A stretch of DNA of 64,000 nucleotides from Synechococcus sp. (GCA_047285305.1 JBJBDL010000003.1:32001-96000); one strand, 5' to 3'; counted from the stretch's first letter, positions 19,984 to 31,256 are shown. Numbers and translations are program-made. The notes: generated by a model from the sequence alone, not told the origin.

Positions 19984-20328
19984 ATGTTTCCGCGTCTAGC
20001 CGAGCACTATCGATCCGTCGTCGAAGACCTGGTGATGAGCCTGCAGGCCCTCGCCAGCAGCCTCCAAAGCGCGGGCTTCACAGCCACTTGTTACTCCTGT
20101 GGCGACGGCCGCGATGGCCATGGAGCTTCGTTTGTGGCTGACATCGGCGATGGCCACATGGTGCGCTTTCTTGTCTCCGACTTCGGCATCAGCTGGGTGG
20201 AATCCCGCAACGGCCGAGAACTGGTGAAACTGGAGGGAGCCGAAGCCATCCAGGAATTGCAGCGGATGGCCGATTTGGCCCAGGAGGGCCAGGTCCGCGC
20301 CATGCAGTCCCTGGCCCAGGCGGCCTGA
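19984..20328 (+). CDS. Conserved cyanobacterial protein (DUF1815-like)
   Basis: MF.RLAE..R..V.DLVMSLQALA, A.CY.C, RFLVSD.GISW.E.RN..ELVKLEGAEAI; GGAG SD. Confidence 0.78.
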   Translation: MFPRLAEHYRSVVEDLVMSLQALASSLQSAGFTATCYSCGDGRDGHGASFVADIGDGHMVRFLVSDFGISWVESRNGRELVKLEGAEAIQELQRMADLAQEGQVRAMQSLAQAA

Positions 20329-20330
20329 AA

Positions 20331-21455
20331 TCAGGCCGCCGCCTCTGAGGCCTTGGCCGGAGCCGACTTATCGGCAGCAGCCGCCTTCGCAGCGGCGGCC
20401 AAAGGCCGCATGGAATTCGACTTCACCTCAGAGCCCTCCGTCAGCTTTTGACGCACCAGCGTTTCGATGGTGGCTGTTGCATCCAGGTTCTCCTCCATCC
20501 AGGTGATGGTGTTGTCGCGACCCTGACCGATGTTGTCTCCCTCGTAGCTGTACCAGGCGCCCTTACGGACAACAACACCCGTTTCTTCAGCCAGATCCAG
20601 CAGACAGCCCAGGGTGCTGATGCCGCGGCCAAAGAGAATGTCGAATTCGGCAATGCGGAAGGGTGGCGCCACCTTGTTTTTCGCCACTTTCACCTTGGCC
20701 CTGATGCCGAATTCCTCTGTTCCCTTCTTGAGGGTCTGAATCCGACGGATGTCGAGGCGAACCGAGGCATAGAACTTGAGCGCGTTGCCTCCAGTGGTGG
20801 TCTCTGGATTGCCGTAGGTCACACCAATCTTGAGACGCAGCTGGTTGAGGAAGATGACGGTGCAACCCGACTTGCCGATGTTGCCGGTGATCTTCCGCAT
20901 CGCCTGACTCATCAGACGCGCCTGGGCGCCAACCGCCAGATCTCCCATCTCACCTTCGATCTCAGCGCGGGGGGTGAGGGCAGCCACCGAGTCGACAACG
21001 ACCAGATCCACCGCCGCCGATCGCACCAGTTGATCAACGATCTCCAGCGCCATCTCGCCGGTGTCGGGCTGAGAGACCAGCAGGTTCTCCACATCAACGC
21101 CCAGAGAAGCGGCATAAACGGGATCCAGGGCATGCTCCGCATCCACGAAGGCCGCCACACCACCACGCTTCTGCACTTCAGCGATCGCGTGCAGCGTGAG
21201 CGTGGTTTTACCGGAACTTTCCGGGCCGTAAATCTCCACCACGCGGCCCTTCGGGTATCCACCACCCAAAGCGAGATCAAGGGTCAGCGCACCGGTGGAA
21301 ATCGTCTCCACCCGCATGCGGGAGGCATCGCCCAGCCGCATGATCGATCCCTTGCCGAAGTTGCGCTCGATCTGACCCAGCACCAGATTCAGCGCCTTGT
21401 CCCTCTCGCCGGAGGAACGGGGATCGGAAGCGCCGGATTTCATATCTGCAGGCAT
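20331..21455 (-). CDS. recA: Recombinase RecA
   Basis: [52 protein letters not shown]. Confidence 0.99.
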   Translation of the reverse strand: MPADMKSGASDPRSSGERDKALNLVLGQIERNFGKGSIMRLGDASRMRVETISTGALTLDLALGGGYPKGRVVEIYGPESSGKTTLTLHAIAEVQKRGGVAAFVDAEHALDPVYAASLGVDVENLLVSQPDTGEMALEIVDQLVRSAAVDLVVVDSVAALTPRAEIEGEMGDLAVGAQARLMSQAMRKITGNIGKSGCTVIFLNQLRLKIGVTYGNPETTTGGNALKFYASVRLDIRRIQTLKKGTEEFGIRAKVKVAKNKVAPPFRIAEFDILFGRGISTLGCLLDLAEETGVVVRKGAWYSYEGDNIGQGRDNTITWMEENLDATATIETLVRQKLTEGSEVKSNSMRPLAAAAKAAAADKSAPAKASEAAA

Positions 21456-21519
21456 GAAAAGGACCTGAAACTAAGGAACGAGAGATCCAATGCCACAGAA
21501 GCGCCGAATCGTCTCAAGT

Positions 21520-21533
21520 AGTACAAGCGTACC
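21520..21533 (-). promoter_or_regulatory. Cyanobacterial LexA (SOS) box upstream of recA
   Basis: Minus strand GGTAC-GCT-TGTACT matches the RGTAC-NNN-DGTWCB consensus, 65 nt upstream of the recA ATG. Confidence 0.8.
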
Positions 21534-21541
21534 GTAACGAA

Positions 21542-22291
21542 TCAGGGCCATTGCGCCAGGGGGGCCCGAAAACGATCTGGATGGAGCAGGGCAATGCCTG
21601 AGGGAAGACCGCTCTGATCCTGCGGGCGAAGATAGCCCCAACTCACCAGAAAACAGGGCAACTTTTCTAACCCTGGGGTTAAGCGCACCGCCTCCAGCGT
21701 CGGCCGGCGGTCTTCCACGAAGCCACACAGCCTTCGCTGCTGCTGAAGCTGACGCAGAACCTGAGGCTTGGCGCCAGCCTCACGGCCATCCAGGCGCCAA
21801 GGATGCAGGCCAAGGCTGTTCAGCAGTTCAGCTGTGAAGGCCTGGGTTTTGGTGGTCAGAACAGACCAGTCCACCCCCTCAGCCTCCAATCGCTGCAGCC
21901 GCTCCACCAGACCGGGGAAAGGTCGATGCAGCGCCAACCAAGCCGAACGGTTCTGCTGAACGGCTTGATCTCTGGCGTCATCGAGGGCCGCCTGAAGCTG
22001 CTCCGGCCGCCATCCACGCCGTTGCAGTGCCGAGGCCTGCGCCTCCCCATAGGAGTCCAGCCAATCCTGAAGCTTCAGCACCGGCAGCTCCGCGGCCAGC
22101 AGAACCATCTCCCAACCGTGATGCACCCACGGCCGCAGCTGTCGGAAGGCGTCAGGCACCCGATCAGGCGTCAAGCCCTCTGGAGCAGCCTCAAGGCGAC
22201 GACAGGCATGCCAGGCACTCCACCAGTACTCCGCCATGCCATCAACGATGACCCCGTCGAAGTCGAAGACCAGGAGGGGGCGATCATTCAT
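21542..22291 (-). CDS. HAD-superfamily hydrolase
   Basis: Motif I FDFDGVIVD, motif II LTTK, motif IV FVEDR, WGY. Confidence 0.88.
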   Translation of the reverse strand: MNDRPLLVFDFDGVIVDGMAEYWWSAWHACRRLEAAPEGLTPDRVPDAFRQLRPWVHHGWEMVLLAAELPVLKLQDWLDSYGEAQASALQRRGWRPEQLQAALDDARDQAVQQNRSAWLALHRPFPGLVERLQRLEAEGVDWSVLTTKTQAFTAELLNSLGLHPWRLDGREAGAKPQVLRQLQQQRRLCGFVEDRRPTLEAVRLTPGLEKLPCFLVSWGYLRPQDQSGLPSGIALLHPDRFRAPLAQWP

Positions 22292-22300
22292 GGACAAAAA

Positions 22301-22372
22301 CTGGGCCGCTAGGATTCGAACCTAGGAATGGCGGGACCAAAACCCGCTGCCTTACCACTTGGCGACGGCCCA
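22301..22372 (-). tRNA. trnQ: tRNA-Gln(TTG)
   Basis: Reverse complement TGGGCCGTCGCCAAGTGGTAAGGCA-GCGGG-TTTTGGT-CCCGC-CATTCCTAGGTTCGAATCCTAGCGGCCCAG. Confidence 0.97.
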
Positions 22373-22474
22373 TCGATCCGTTTGAACCGCGACCTGCGGA
22401 TCACCGGAGTACACATAGTTACCCACAGCAGCCAACCCTTCGTCAATCCACCGGGCGAACCAACCGACGGCCGA

Positions 22475-24115
22475 TCAGCGGGGGAAAACCCTCAGGCGTG
22501 ACATTTCAGCCTCACCGAAGACATCACTGCGCAGTCGGTAACGGCGCACAAGGTCGGCCTGCATCCGGAGAACACGCTCACTGCGGGGCAGCAACTCCAC
22601 CGGCCTGCCTTGCGGCATCACCACCTGTTCCACCGCAAGCCGGCATTCCTCGAGAGCAGCCAATTCATCGTCCTGAGAGGCCCGATCCGGCGGAGTGACC
22701 TCTGCGGCTGTTTCGGTGGCCTGACGGCGCAGAAGACGGGCCATGGCACGGGTCACCTGGGGCAGGGTGTCGGACTTGATCACCAGGATCGGGATCCCCA
22801 GATCCCTGACCTGACGGCGCAGTGATGGTTGACGACTTAGGCCCAGCCGAACGCTCAACACCACATCAGCCTCACTCAAGTCCTCCACAACCCGCGCCTT
22901 CCAACCGTGGGAACGGATGGCCTCCTCCACAACACGAGGTGGAACCCCGCAGCAGAGAACCTGCAGATGCTCGGAGCTGGTCTCCGGCGGAGGTGGTTCC
23001 TCTGCCGCACTGGCCCCTCGGGCACTGGCTGCAGGCATGGGCACGGGAGCGGAAACCGGCTGATCCGCAAACGACCGTTGAGACGGAGGCCGCAGCAAAC
23101 CGGAAGCCTGCGGCGGGTCCACCAGCTGAACGCCCCCCTCAGGCGTCAGCTCGCGCTCCTGAACCCTTGGCTTTAAGCCCCGGAGCAATTGATCCACGGT
23201 GGCAGCAACGTCGGTGTGCACGGCCCAGCGCTGCCGGCTGTGCATTTCAACCGCCACCGGAAACGTTGGTTCGGCAGCGCGCTCCAACACCGTTTTCTGA
23301 CTGCGCCGCCGCCGGGCCTCCTCATCCCCGAGGGTGACCGCCTGAATCCCCCCCACCAGATCGCTGAGGGTGGGGTTCTTGATCAGGTTGGCCAAAGCAT
23401 TGCCATGGGCTGTGGCGACGAGCACCACGCCACGTTCAGCGATGGTGCGCGCGGCCTGCGCCTCCAGCTCCGTGCCGATCTCATCGATCACGATGACTTC
23501 GGGCATGTGGTTTTCCACCGCCTCGATCATGGTTTGGTGCTGCAGCTCAGGCCTGGCCACCTGCATGCGGCGGGCCCGACCGATCGCGGGGTGCGGGATG
23601 TCGCCATCACCGGCGATCTCATTGCTCGTGTCGATCACAACAACGCGCCGCTCCAGCTCATCGGCAAGCACCCGGGCGATCTCGCGCAACGCCGTTGTCT
23701 TGCCCACACCCGGGCGCCCCATCAACAACAGGGACTGCCCTCCATCCAGGAGGTCCCGCACCATGGCAACGGTGCCGAACACGGCTCGGCCCACCCGGCA
23801 GGTCAAACCGACCACCTCACCCTGACGGTTGCGAATCGCGCTGATCCGGTGAAGCGTTCGTTCGATTCCCGCCCGGTTGTCGCCACCGAACTGACCGAGC
23901 CTGGCCACCACAGCCGTTAGATCCTCGCGGGACAAAGGCGTGGAACCCAGCGCCAGGGCACGGCCTGGATAACGGGCTTCTGGAACCCGACCCAGATCGA
24001 GCACCACCTCAAGCAACTGCTCTCGCGCTTCTTCCGGCCGCAACTGCTCCTGCACGGCATCCGGCAGGAGCTCGAGAAGGCGATCCAGATCGTCGGTGAC
24101 CCGTTGCGTGCCCAT
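22475..24115 (-). CDS. ycf45: Ycf45/SpoIIIAA-like AAA ATPase with C-terminal R3H-like domain
   Basis: [25 protein letters not shown], Walker [29 protein letters not shown]-terminal VELLPR....R.Q..L...Y.L.S. Confidence 0.82.
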   Translation of the reverse strand: MGTQRVTDDLDRLLELLPDAVQEQLRPEEAREQLLEVVLDLGRVPEARYPGRALALGSTPLSREDLTAVVARLGQFGGDNRAGIERTLHRISAIRNRQGEVVGLTCRVGRAVFGTVAMVRDLLDGGQSLLLMGRPGVGKTTALREIARVLADELERRVVVIDTSNEIAGDGDIPHPAIGRARRMQVARPELQHQTMIEAVENHMPEVIVIDEIGTELEAQAARTIAERGVVLVATAHGNALANLIKNPTLSDLVGGIQAVTLGDEEARRRRSQKTVLERAAEPTFPVAVEMHSRQRWAVHTDVAATVDQLLRGLKPRVQERELTPEGGVQLVDPPQASGLLRPPSQRSFADQPVSAPVPMPAASARGASAAEEPPPPETSSEHLQVLCCGVPPRVVEEAIRSHGWKARVVEDLSEADVVLSVRLGLSRQPSLRRQVRDLGIPILVIKSDTLPQVTRAMARLLRRQATETAAEVTPPDRASQDDELAALEECRLAVEQVVMPQGRPVELLPRSERVLRMQADLVRRYRLRSDVFGEAEMSRLRVFPR

Positions 24116-24137
24116 GGGATCTGCGCGTTTCAGCCTT

Positions 24138-25169
24138 CTAGCAAGAGCGCTGCAGCCATGGGGCAACCAATGGACGCGCGAGGGAGAGGGCACGCTGCCA
24201 ACCCTCGGGCCATTGCCACAGAGCAAGACCACGGGTTTGCGCCTCATCCAGCACAGGCATTAGCAAGCGACGGGCCACACCACCAAAGGCGATGCCAGCC
24301 GGCCGCTCCGTCGGACGCAAGAACTCCAGCGTTGCGGCGTTGGTACCACCGGCCAGCTGCAGCGGGCCCGGTGGAGCCAGACTCCGCATGGCACGCCAGA
24401 GCTGAACTGCAGCCCGCGCGGTGCCAGCCCCCACATCGCCGCTCATCGGACGCCCATCCAGCTGCCAGAGGGGTCTGTAACCGGCTTGCCGCAGGCGGGA
24501 GTAGCGACGCCAAAGCAAATCAGCCAACTGATCGGCCTTCACGCCGTGGCCCTCCAAGCCGGAGCTCACAGCCAAGCGCCGCAAGGGAACCTTGTGCTGC
24601 TGAAGGCTTTGGATCAGCGTTGCAAAGCCCTCGTCATGCCCAGATGCGGTGTGAATCTCCACGGCATCGGGCTGAATCGATTGGAGCAGGGAGATCACCT
24701 GCTCGGGCGCCAAGCGGTGGTCGCGCTCCTCGATCAAGCCATGGGGGCAAGCCGGCAGGCAGCGGCCGCAGCCATAGCAACGCTGCTGGTCGACGCCAGC
24801 AGCGGGCGGAATCGCTGCCGCCGGACAGATCCTTTCGCAGGGCCGCGGGCAGTCTGCAGGGCAGCGGCCAGGATCGAACCAGGCCTTGCGGAAGTGAGCA
24901 TCGGTGCCATCGCTGAGGCTCACCATCAGCCAGGGGCGACGCCCTGTTTGCGCCTCAGCCCAGTCCAGGCCGCGACGCGCAGAGAGGACAACCGCTGGAT
25001 CGGCCGCCACATCAACGCAATGAACACCAACAGCCGCAAAGACTGCGGTCAGATCGGCAATGGCCGGCAGATCCTGGTTGCTTGCGCCACAGATCAGCTT
25101 GACCCAGCGGCCCTGAACGAGGGCGTCGTCAGGCGTCAGGCCTTCAGATATGTGGTCATCGGTTCCCAC
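24138..25169 (-). CDS. ldpA: Light-dependent period modulator LdpA (2x[4Fe-4S] protein); start uncertain
   Basis: W.KLICGAS.QD, D.HFRKA.FD, C...C.RPC..IC and CYGCGRC...[19 protein letters not shown]. Confidence 0.88.
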   Translation of the reverse strand: MGTDDHISEGLTPDDALVQGRWVKLICGASNQDLPAIADLTAVFAAVGVHCVDVAADPAVVLSARRGLDWAEAQTGRRPWLMVSLSDGTDAHFRKAWFDPGRCPADCPRPCERICPAAAIPPAAGVDQQRCYGCGRCLPACPHGLIEERDHRLAPEQVISLLQSIQPDAVEIHTASGHDEGFATLIQSLQQHKVPLRRLAVSSGLEGHGVKADQLADLLWRRYSRLRQAGYRPLWQLDGRPMSGDVGAGTARAAVQLWRAMRSLAPPGPLQLAGGTNAATLEFLRPTERPAGIAFGGVARRLLMPVLDEAQTRGLALWQWPEGWQRALSLARPLVAPWLQRSC

Positions 25170-25597
25170 TTCAGGCTGCGAGCACCACCCATCTCCACGA
25201 TGATGCGTAAACGCGGTTCGCGCTTGCACAGATCGCAGAGCGAAAGAAGCTCGGAGCGCGAGAGCACCTGGCCTTCCAGCAGCCAGAGAGCCACAGGAGC
25301 ATCACCTTCAAACAAGTCGCCGAGCTGGGGAGCCACCTCCTGCACTTCTCCCACAGCAGCACCACGACCAACACTTTGATGGCCGAGATGGGGCGGACGA
25401 ATGCCGTGCTTCTGGGTGAGAAACACCTCCGGATCACCAAGACCACGGGCCGATGTCATGCGGGTGCTGTAACCGGCGCCGCGCAGACGTCTTAATAAAC
25501 GGGTTTCTGCACCGCCTTCGAGCGGAGCCTGCACCGCCAGACAGCCATTGGCTTCGAGATCACGGCGAAATGCCTGACCGGTGAGAAGCAGAGGCAT
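25136..25597 (-). CDS. ndhN: NAD(P)H-quinone oxidoreductase (NDH-1) subunit N
   Basis: PLEGG.E.R..RRLR.AGY, SARGLGD...L...HG.RPPHLG, W..EG.VLS..EL, E.GG.R...W.P. Confidence 0.93.
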   Translation of the reverse strand: MPLLLTGQAFRRDLEANGCLAVQAPLEGGAETRLLRRLRGAGYSTRMTSARGLGDPEVFLTQKHGIRPPHLGHQSVGRGAAVGEVQEVAPQLGDLFEGDAPVALWLLEGQVLSRSELLSLCDLCKREPRLRIIVEMGGARSLKWEPMTTYLKA

Positions 25598-25680
25598 GGC
25601 AGCTACAGGGATTGGAAGGGATTCTGGCAGCAGGTAGAGGGATCAGGGGAGATGGAAGGTCGGTGTTGTAGGTTCGTTGT

Positions 25681-25978
25681 TTGTTCTGTGTTTCTGTGCC
25701 CGTCCGCTAGCCGGGCCTCCAGTCGGCAGAACAGATTCGACGATTGCGTCGAATCCCCAGGCCAGTACGGAAGCTTTCTTCGGAGATCTCCGTCGGGAAA
25801 CTGCAACAGCACATCGTGCAGATGCAAGTCCCAGCCTCGCTGAATCGTTCGCTAGCCCATTCGAATCCACTCCTTCGGGAGTTCCGCTTCGAACCACGTC
25901 TGCGTCCAATCGATCAGCACCTGACCCCATGCGGTTTTCCGCCTGGTGGTTGTCCACGCTGGCGCTTCCTCCCCATCC
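25681..25978 (+). promoter_or_regulatory. Long structured 5' leader of the rplC ribosomal protein operon
   Basis: 382-nt ndhN/rplC spacer with at least six hairpins, two with C(UUCG)G loops; candidate -10 TAGGTT at 25669-25674. Confidence 0.55.
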
Positions 25979-26635
25979 ATGTCCATCGGCATCCTCGGGA
26001 AGAAGCTGGGTATGTCCCAGTTCTTCGACGAGCAGGGCAGAGCTGTTCCGGTCACCTTGATCGAAGCCGGCCCCTGCCGCATCACCCAACTCAAAAACGA
26101 CGACACTGACGGTTATTCCGCAGTGCAGATCGGCTTTGGCGAAACCCGCGAAAAGCTGATCAACAAGCCCGCCCAGGGTCACCTCAGCAAATCCGGTGAG
26201 GGCCTGCTGCGTCATCTGCGCGAATACCGCGTCGACAGCGTTGAAGGTCTCGAACTCGGTGGCGCCATCACCGTCGGCGATTTCGAAGCCGGCCAGAAGG
26301 TGGACGTCAGCGGTGACACCGTCGGCCGCGGCTTCGCCGGCTACCAGAAGCGCCATGGCTTCAGCCGGGGTCCGATGACCCACGGTTCGAAGAACCACCG
26401 CGAGCCCGGTTCGACAGGTGCCGGTACGACCCCAGGCCGCATCTATCCCGGAAAGCGGATGGCCGGTCGCTATGGCGGCAAGAAAATCACCACCCGCGGC
26501 CTGACCATCCTCAAGGTGGACAGCGAGCACAACCTGCTGGTGGTGAAGGGATCCGTGCCCGGCAAGCCTGGTGCGCTGCTCAACATCCGCCCGGCCTTGC
26601 GCGTGGGCGCCAAGCCCGCCAAAGGAGGTAAGTGA
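25979..26635 (+). CDS. rplC: 50S ribosomal protein L3
   Basis: [41 protein letters not shown]. Confidence 0.99.
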   Translation: MSIGILGKKLGMSQFFDEQGRAVPVTLIEAGPCRITQLKNDDTDGYSAVQIGFGETREKLINKPAQGHLSKSGEGLLRHLREYRVDSVEGLELGGAITVGDFEAGQKVDVSGDTVGRGFAGYQKRHGFSRGPMTHGSKNHREPGSTGAGTTPGRIYPGKRMAGRYGGKKITTRGLTILKVDSEHNLLVVKGSVPGKPGALLNIRPALRVGAKPAKGGK

Positions 26636-27270
26636 TGGCCAGTTGTGTCGTTCGTGATTGGCAGGGCAAGGAAGCCGGCAAGGCAACCCTGGACCTGAAG
26701 GTGGCCAAAGAGACCACCGCCGTTGACCTGATGCATCGGGCCGTTCTGCGTCAGCAGGCCCATGCACGCCAAGGAACCGCCAGCACCCTCACCCGCTCAG
26801 AAGTGCGCGGTGGTGGTCGCAAGCCCTACAAACAGAAAGGAACTGGTCGGGCCCGTCAGGGATCGATCCGCACTCCTCTGAAACCCGGCGGCGGCATCAT
26901 CTTTGGACCCAAGCCCCGCACGTACAACCTTGCGATGAACCGCAAGGAGCGTCGTCTGGCCCTGCGCACTGCGCTGATGGCCCGCATTGACGATGTCACC
27001 GTGGTGAAGGACTTCGGTGCTTCGCTGGAGGCCCCCAAGACCCGTGAGATCACAGATGCTCTGGGTCGCCTCGGTGTTGCTGCCGGCTCCAAGGTGCTCA
27101 TCGTTCTGACGAACCCCTCCGATGTTGTGCGCCGTTCCGTGCGCAACCTGGAGAAAGTCAAGTTGATCTCCGCAGATCAACTGAACGTCTTCGACCTGCT
27201 CCACGCCAATGCTCTGGTGCTGGGCGAGGAAGCTCTCGCAACCATCCAGGAGGTCTACGGCGATGACTGA
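26635..27270 (+). CDS. rplD: 50S ribosomal protein L4
   Basis: [33 protein letters not shown]. Confidence 0.99.
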   Translation: MASCVVRDWQGKEAGKATLDLKVAKETTAVDLMHRAVLRQQAHARQGTASTLTRSEVRGGGRKPYKQKGTGRARQGSIRTPLKPGGGIIFGPKPRTYNLAMNRKERRLALRTALMARIDDVTVVKDFGASLEAPKTREITDALGRLGVAAGSKVLIVLTNPSDVVRRSVRNLEKVKLISADQLNVFDLLHANALVLGEEALATIQEVYGDD

Positions 27271-27565
27271 ACGTTTCCAAGGACGCCTGGCGGATGTGAT
27301 CCGCCGTCCCCTGATCACCGAGAAGGCCACCCGCGCCCTCGAAATCAACCAGTACACCTTCGAGGTGGACCACCGCGCCGCAAAGCCCGACATCAAGGCC
27401 GCCATTGAGCAGCTCTTCGATGTGAAGGTCACCGGCATCAGCACCATGAATCCCCCGCGACGCTCCCGTCGCATGGGTCGCTTCGCCGGCAAACGTGCCC
27501 AGGTGAAGAAAGCCGTGGTGCGCCTGGCGGAGGGCAACTCGATCCAACTCTTCCCTGAGTCCTGA
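27263..27565 (+). CDS. rplW: 50S ribosomal protein L23
   Basis: [31 protein letters not shown]. Confidence 0.98.
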   Translation: MTERFQGRLADVIRRPLITEKATRALEINQYTFEVDHRAAKPDIKAAIEQLFDVKVTGISTMNPPRRSRRMGRFAGKRAQVKKAVVRLAEGNSIQLFPES

Positions 27566-27580
27566 GGGGTCTGAATCGTC

Positions 27581-28444
27581 ATGGCAATCCGTAATTTCCG
27601 CCCCTACACCCCCGGTACCCGCACCCGGGTGGTCACTGATTTCAGTGAGATCACTAGCCGCAAGCCGGAGCGGACCCTGGTGGTGGCCAAACACCGCCGC
27701 AAGGGCCGCAACAACCGCGGTGTGATCACCTGCCGCCACCGCGGTGGTGGCCACAAGCGCCTCTATCGCGTGGTGGATTTCCGTCGCAACAAGCACGGTG
27801 TCCCCGCCAAGGTGGCCGCGATTCACTACGACCCGCACCGCAACGCGCGTCTGGCACTGCTCTTCTACGCCGATGGCGAGAAGCGCTACATCCTTGCTCC
27901 TGCAGGAGTTCAGGTGGGCCAAACCGTGGTCTCCGGCCCTGATGCCCCGATCGAAAACGGCAATGCCATGCCGTTGTCCTCGGTGCCCCTCGGTTCGGCG
28001 GTTCACTGCGTTGAGCTCTACGCCGGTCGTGGTGGCCAGATGGTCCGTACCGCTGGTGCCAGTGCCCAGGTGATGGCGAAAGAAGGCGACTACGTCGCTC
28101 TGAAGCTGCCCTCCACCGAGGTTCGCCTGGTTCGCCGCGAGTGCTACGCCACCCTCGGCGAGGTCGGTAACTCCGAGATGCGCAACACCAGCCTGGGTAA
28201 GGCCGGTCGTCGCCGCTGGCTCGGTCGCCGTCCTCAGGTTCGAGGCAGTGTGATGAACCCCTGCGACCACCCCCACGGTGGTGGTGAGGGTCGTGCACCG
28301 ATCGGCCGTTCCGGCCCGGTGACCCCCTGGGGCAAACCCGCCCTCGGTCTCAAGACCCGCAAGCGGAACAAACCCAGCAACCAATACGTGCTCCGGAAGC
28401 GTCGCAAGACCTCCAAGCGGAGCCGTGGCGGACGCGATTCCTGA
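27581..28444 (+). CDS. rplB: 50S ribosomal protein L2
   Basis: [37 protein letters not shown]. Confidence 0.99.
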   Translation: MAIRNFRPYTPGTRTRVVTDFSEITSRKPERTLVVAKHRRKGRNNRGVITCRHRGGGHKRLYRVVDFRRNKHGVPAKVAAIHYDPHRNARLALLFYADGEKRYILAPAGVQVGQTVVSGPDAPIENGNAMPLSSVPLGSAVHCVELYAGRGGQMVRTAGASAQVMAKEGDYVALKLPSTEVRLVRRECYATLGEVGNSEMRNTSLGKAGRRRWLGRRPQVRGSVMNPCDHPHGGGEGRAPIGRSGPVTPWGKPALGLKTRKRNKPSNQYVLRKRRKTSKRSRGGRDS

Positions 28445-28479
28445 TGCAAACCATCACTTATCCGCTTGCTTAAACCGTT

Positions 28480-28755
28480 ATGGGACGTTCACTCAAAAAA
28501 GGTCCGTTTATTGCCGACAGCCTGCTTCGCAAGGTTGAAAAGCAGAACGACAACGACGACAAGTCTGTGATCAAGACCTGGTCACGGGCCTCCACGATCC
28601 TGCCGATGATGATCGGCCACACGATCGCGGTTCACAACGGCCGCACCCATGTGCCGGTGTTCATCACCGAGCAGATGGTGGGCCACAAGCTGGGAGAGTT
28701 CGCTCCCACCCGCACCTTCAAGGGCCACATCAGAGACAAGAAAGGAGGCCGCTAA
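28480..28755 (+). CDS. rpsS: 30S ribosomal protein S19
   Basis: [28 protein letters not shown]. Confidence 0.99.
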   Translation: MGRSLKKGPFIADSLLRKVEKQNDNDDKSVIKTWSRASTILPMMIGHTIAVHNGRTHVPVFITEQMVGHKLGEFAPTRTFKGHIRDKKGGR

Positions 28756-28758
28756 ACC

Positions 28759-29124
28759 ATGACATCGTCAACCCAAACGGCACCCACCGCCCAGGCTCAC
28801 GGTCGCTTCATCCGAGGCTCCGTGTCGAAGGTGCGCCGTGTGCTCGACCAAATCCGTGGCCGCACCTATCGCGACGCGCTGATCATGCTCGAGTTCATGC
28901 CCTACCGCTCCACCGGCCCGATCACCAAGGTGCTCCGGTCTGCGGTGGCCAACGCTGAGCACAACCTCGGTCTCGACCCCTCATCTCTGGTGATCTCGAG
29001 CGCGACCGCTGACATGGGCCCCTCCATGAAGCGCTATCGCCCCCGCGCCCAGGGCCGGGCTTACCAGATCAAGAAACAGACCTGCCACATCAGCATTGCT
29101 GTGGCGGCTCAGACCGATTCCTGA
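28759..29124 (+). CDS. rplV: 50S ribosomal protein L22
   Basis: S..KVRRV.DQIRG, SAVANA.HN, RPRAQGR. Confidence 0.99.
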   Translation: MTSSTQTAPTAQAHGRFIRGSVSKVRRVLDQIRGRTYRDALIMLEFMPYRSTGPITKVLRSAVANAEHNLGLDPSSLVISSATADMGPSMKRYRPRAQGRAYQIKKQTCHISIAVAAQTDS

Positions 29125-29144
29125 CCCCCGAGGACTCTGACCCA

Positions 29145-29873
29145 ATGGGACACAAAATCAACCCAACCGGTCTGCGCCTGGGGATCACCCAGGAACACCG
29201 GTCACGCTGGTACGCCTCCAGCAAGAACTATCCGGCCCTCCTCCAGGAGGACGACCGGATTCGCAAGTTCATCCACAAGAAGTACGGCTCCGCCGGCATC
29301 AGCGATGTGCTGATCGCCCGCAAGGCCGATCAACTGGAAGTTGAACTCAAGACCGCACGCCCCGGCGTGCTGGTCGGCCGTCAAGGCAGCGGCATCGAAG
29401 AGCTTCGCTCCGGCATTCAGAAGACCATCGGCGACTCCAGTCGTCAGGTGCGGATCAATGTTGTCGAGGTCGAACGCGTCGACGGTGATGCCTTCCTCCT
29501 TGCCGAGTACATCGCCCAGCAGCTGGAGAAGCGTGTGGCCTTCCGCCGCACCATCCGCATGGCTGTGCAGCGCGCTCAGCGTGCCGGCGTTCTGGGTCTG
29601 AAGATCCAGGTCTCCGGTCGCCTGAACGGTGCTGAGATCGCCCGGACGGAATGGACCCGCGAGGGTCGGGTGCCCCTGCACACCCTGCGTGCCGACATCG
29701 ACTACGCCACCAAGGTGGCCAGCACGACCTACGGCGTGCTCGGCATCAAGGTTTGGGTGTTCAAGGGCGAAGTGCTGAGCGAACAGGCTCAGCCCATGCC
29801 GGTGGGTGCTGCCCCCCGGCGCCGGGCCAGCCGTCGGCCCCAACAGTTCGAAGACCGCTCAAACGAGGGTTGA
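29145..29873 (+). CDS. rpsC: 30S ribosomal protein S3
   Basis: [38 protein letters not shown]. Confidence 0.99.
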   Translation: MGHKINPTGLRLGITQEHRSRWYASSKNYPALLQEDDRIRKFIHKKYGSAGISDVLIARKADQLEVELKTARPGVLVGRQGSGIEELRSGIQKTIGDSSRQVRINVVEVERVDGDAFLLAEYIAQQLEKRVAFRRTIRMAVQRAQRAGVLGLKIQVSGRLNGAEIARTEWTREGRVPLHTLRADIDYATKVASTTYGVLGIKVWVFKGEVLSEQAQPMPVGAAPRRRASRRPQQFEDRSNEG

Positions 29874-29889
29874 ACAGGAGGCCTGAACC

Positions 29890-30366
29890 ATGCTGAGTCC
29901 AAAACGCGTCAAATTCCGTAAGCAGCAGCGAGGCCGCATGCGCGGCGTCGCCACCCGGGGCAACACCATTGCCTTCGGACAATTCGCGCTGCAGGCACAG
30001 GAATGTGGCTGGATCACCTCGCGCCAGATCGAGGCCAGCCGTCGTGCCATGACCCGCTACGTCAAGCGTGGCGGAAAAATCTGGATCCGGATCTTCCCCG
30101 ACAAGCCGGTCACCATGCGCGCTGCCGAAACCCGGATGGGTTCCGGTAAGGGCAACCCAGAATTCTGGGTGGCGGTGATCAAGCCCGGCCGGATCCTGTT
30201 CGAGATGGGCGGTGATGAAATCACCCCCGAAATCGCCAAGGAAGCCATGCGCCTCGCGCAGTACAAGCTTCCCGTGAAGACCAAGTTCATCCAACTGGAT
30301 GAGCAGGAGAAGTCAGCTGGTGCCAAGGCTCCGGCAGCTTCTGAAGCCGTCACCGTGGAGTCCTGA
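29890..30366 (+). CDS. rplP: 50S ribosomal protein L16
   Basis: [22 protein letters not shown]. Confidence 0.99.
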   Translation: MLSPKRVKFRKQQRGRMRGVATRGNTIAFGQFALQAQECGWITSRQIEASRRAMTRYVKRGGKIWIRIFPDKPVTMRAAETRMGSGKGNPEFWVAVIKPGRILFEMGGDEITPEIAKEAMRLAQYKLPVKTKFIQLDEQEKSAGAKAPAASEAVTVES

Positions 30367-30368
30367 CC

Positions 30369-30578
30369 ATGGCCCGTCCCAACGCCGCCGATGTGCGCAG
30401 CCTGTCCGATTCGGACATCAACGAACAGATCGACGGCCTGCGCCGCGAGCTGTTCCAACTCCGTTTCCAGCAGGCCACGCGCCAGCTCGCTAACACGCAC
30501 CGTTTCAAAGAGGTCCGCATCAAGCTGGCCCAGCTGCTGACGGTGCAGTCGGAGCGCCAGCGCTCCACCGCCTCCTGA
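30369..30578 (+). CDS. rpmC: 50S ribosomal protein L29
   Basis: [12 protein letters not shown]...H; position in the operon. Confidence 0.97.
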   Translation: MARPNAADVRSLSDSDINEQIDGLRRELFQLRFQQATRQLANTHRFKEVRIKLAQLLTVQSERQRSTAS

Positions 30579-30595
30579 TCCCCCACTCCGTAACC

Positions 30596-30892
30596 ATGGC
30601 AGTCAAGGAAAGGATCGGCACCGTCGTCAGCGACAAGATGGAAAAAACGGTGGTGGTCGCGGTGGAAAGCCGCTTCCCACACCCCATCTATCAAAAGACG
30701 GTCAGCCGTACCACCCGTTACAAGGCTCACGACGAAGACAACACCTGTCGCGTCGGTGACCGCGTTCGCATCACTGAAACCCGTCCGATGAGCCGCCAAA
30801 AGCGGTGGGCCATCGCCGAGGTTCTCAGCCACAGCCCGAAAGCTGCAGCTGAGGAAGCCAACAAGGCTGAAGCTCAGGAGGTGAAGCAGTGA
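30596..30892 (+). CDS. rpsQ: 30S ribosomal protein S17
   Basis: G.VVSDKM.KTVVV, HP.Y.K, AHDE.N, ETRP.S..KRW. Confidence 0.99.
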   Translation: MAVKERIGTVVSDKMEKTVVVAVESRFPHPIYQKTVSRTTRYKAHDEDNTCRVGDRVRITETRPMSRQKRWAIAEVLSHSPKAAAEEANKAEAQEVKQ

Positions 30893-31254
30893 TCCAGCAG
30901 GAGTCCTATCTCACCGTTGCCGACAACAGCGGCGCCAAGCGCATTCAGTGCATTCGCGTCCTCGGCACCAACCGTCGCTATGCCCACGTGGGCGACGTGA
31001 TCGTTGCCGCCGTGAAGGATGCCGCCCCCAACATGGGCGTCAAAAAGTCCGACGTGGTGAAGGCCGTTGTGGTGCGCACCAAAGCCACCATGCGTCGTGA
31101 AACCGGAAACTCGATCCGTTTCGACGACAACGCCGCCGTCATCATCAACGACGACAAAAACCCGAAAGGCACCCGCGTCTTCGGACCGGTGGCCCGTGAG
31201 CTGCGTGAGCGCAGCTTCACCAAAATCGTGTCCCTCGCTCCGGAGGTGATCTGA
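30889..31254 (+). CDS. rplN: 50S ribosomal protein L14
   Basis: [33 protein letters not shown]. Confidence 0.99.
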   Translation: MIQQESYLTVADNSGAKRIQCIRVLGTNRRYAHVGDVIVAAVKDAAPNMGVKKSDVVKAVVVRTKATMRRETGNSIRFDDNAAVIINDDKNPKGTRVFGPVARELRERSFTKIVSLAPEVI

Positions 31255-31256
31255 CC

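Noticed and set aside
20448..21521. 357-aa ORF antisense to recA
   Set aside because: Shadow ORF produced by codon bias in a GC-rich, highly expressed gene; no motifs
25603..26109. Small ORFs in the ndhN-rplC spacer as leader peptides
   Set aside because: No SD, no codon bias, several frames equally open; RNA structure explains the region better
25643..28384. Long minus-strand ORFs (374, 261, 408 aa) opposite rplC-rplB
   Set aside because: Antisense shadows of ribosomal protein genes
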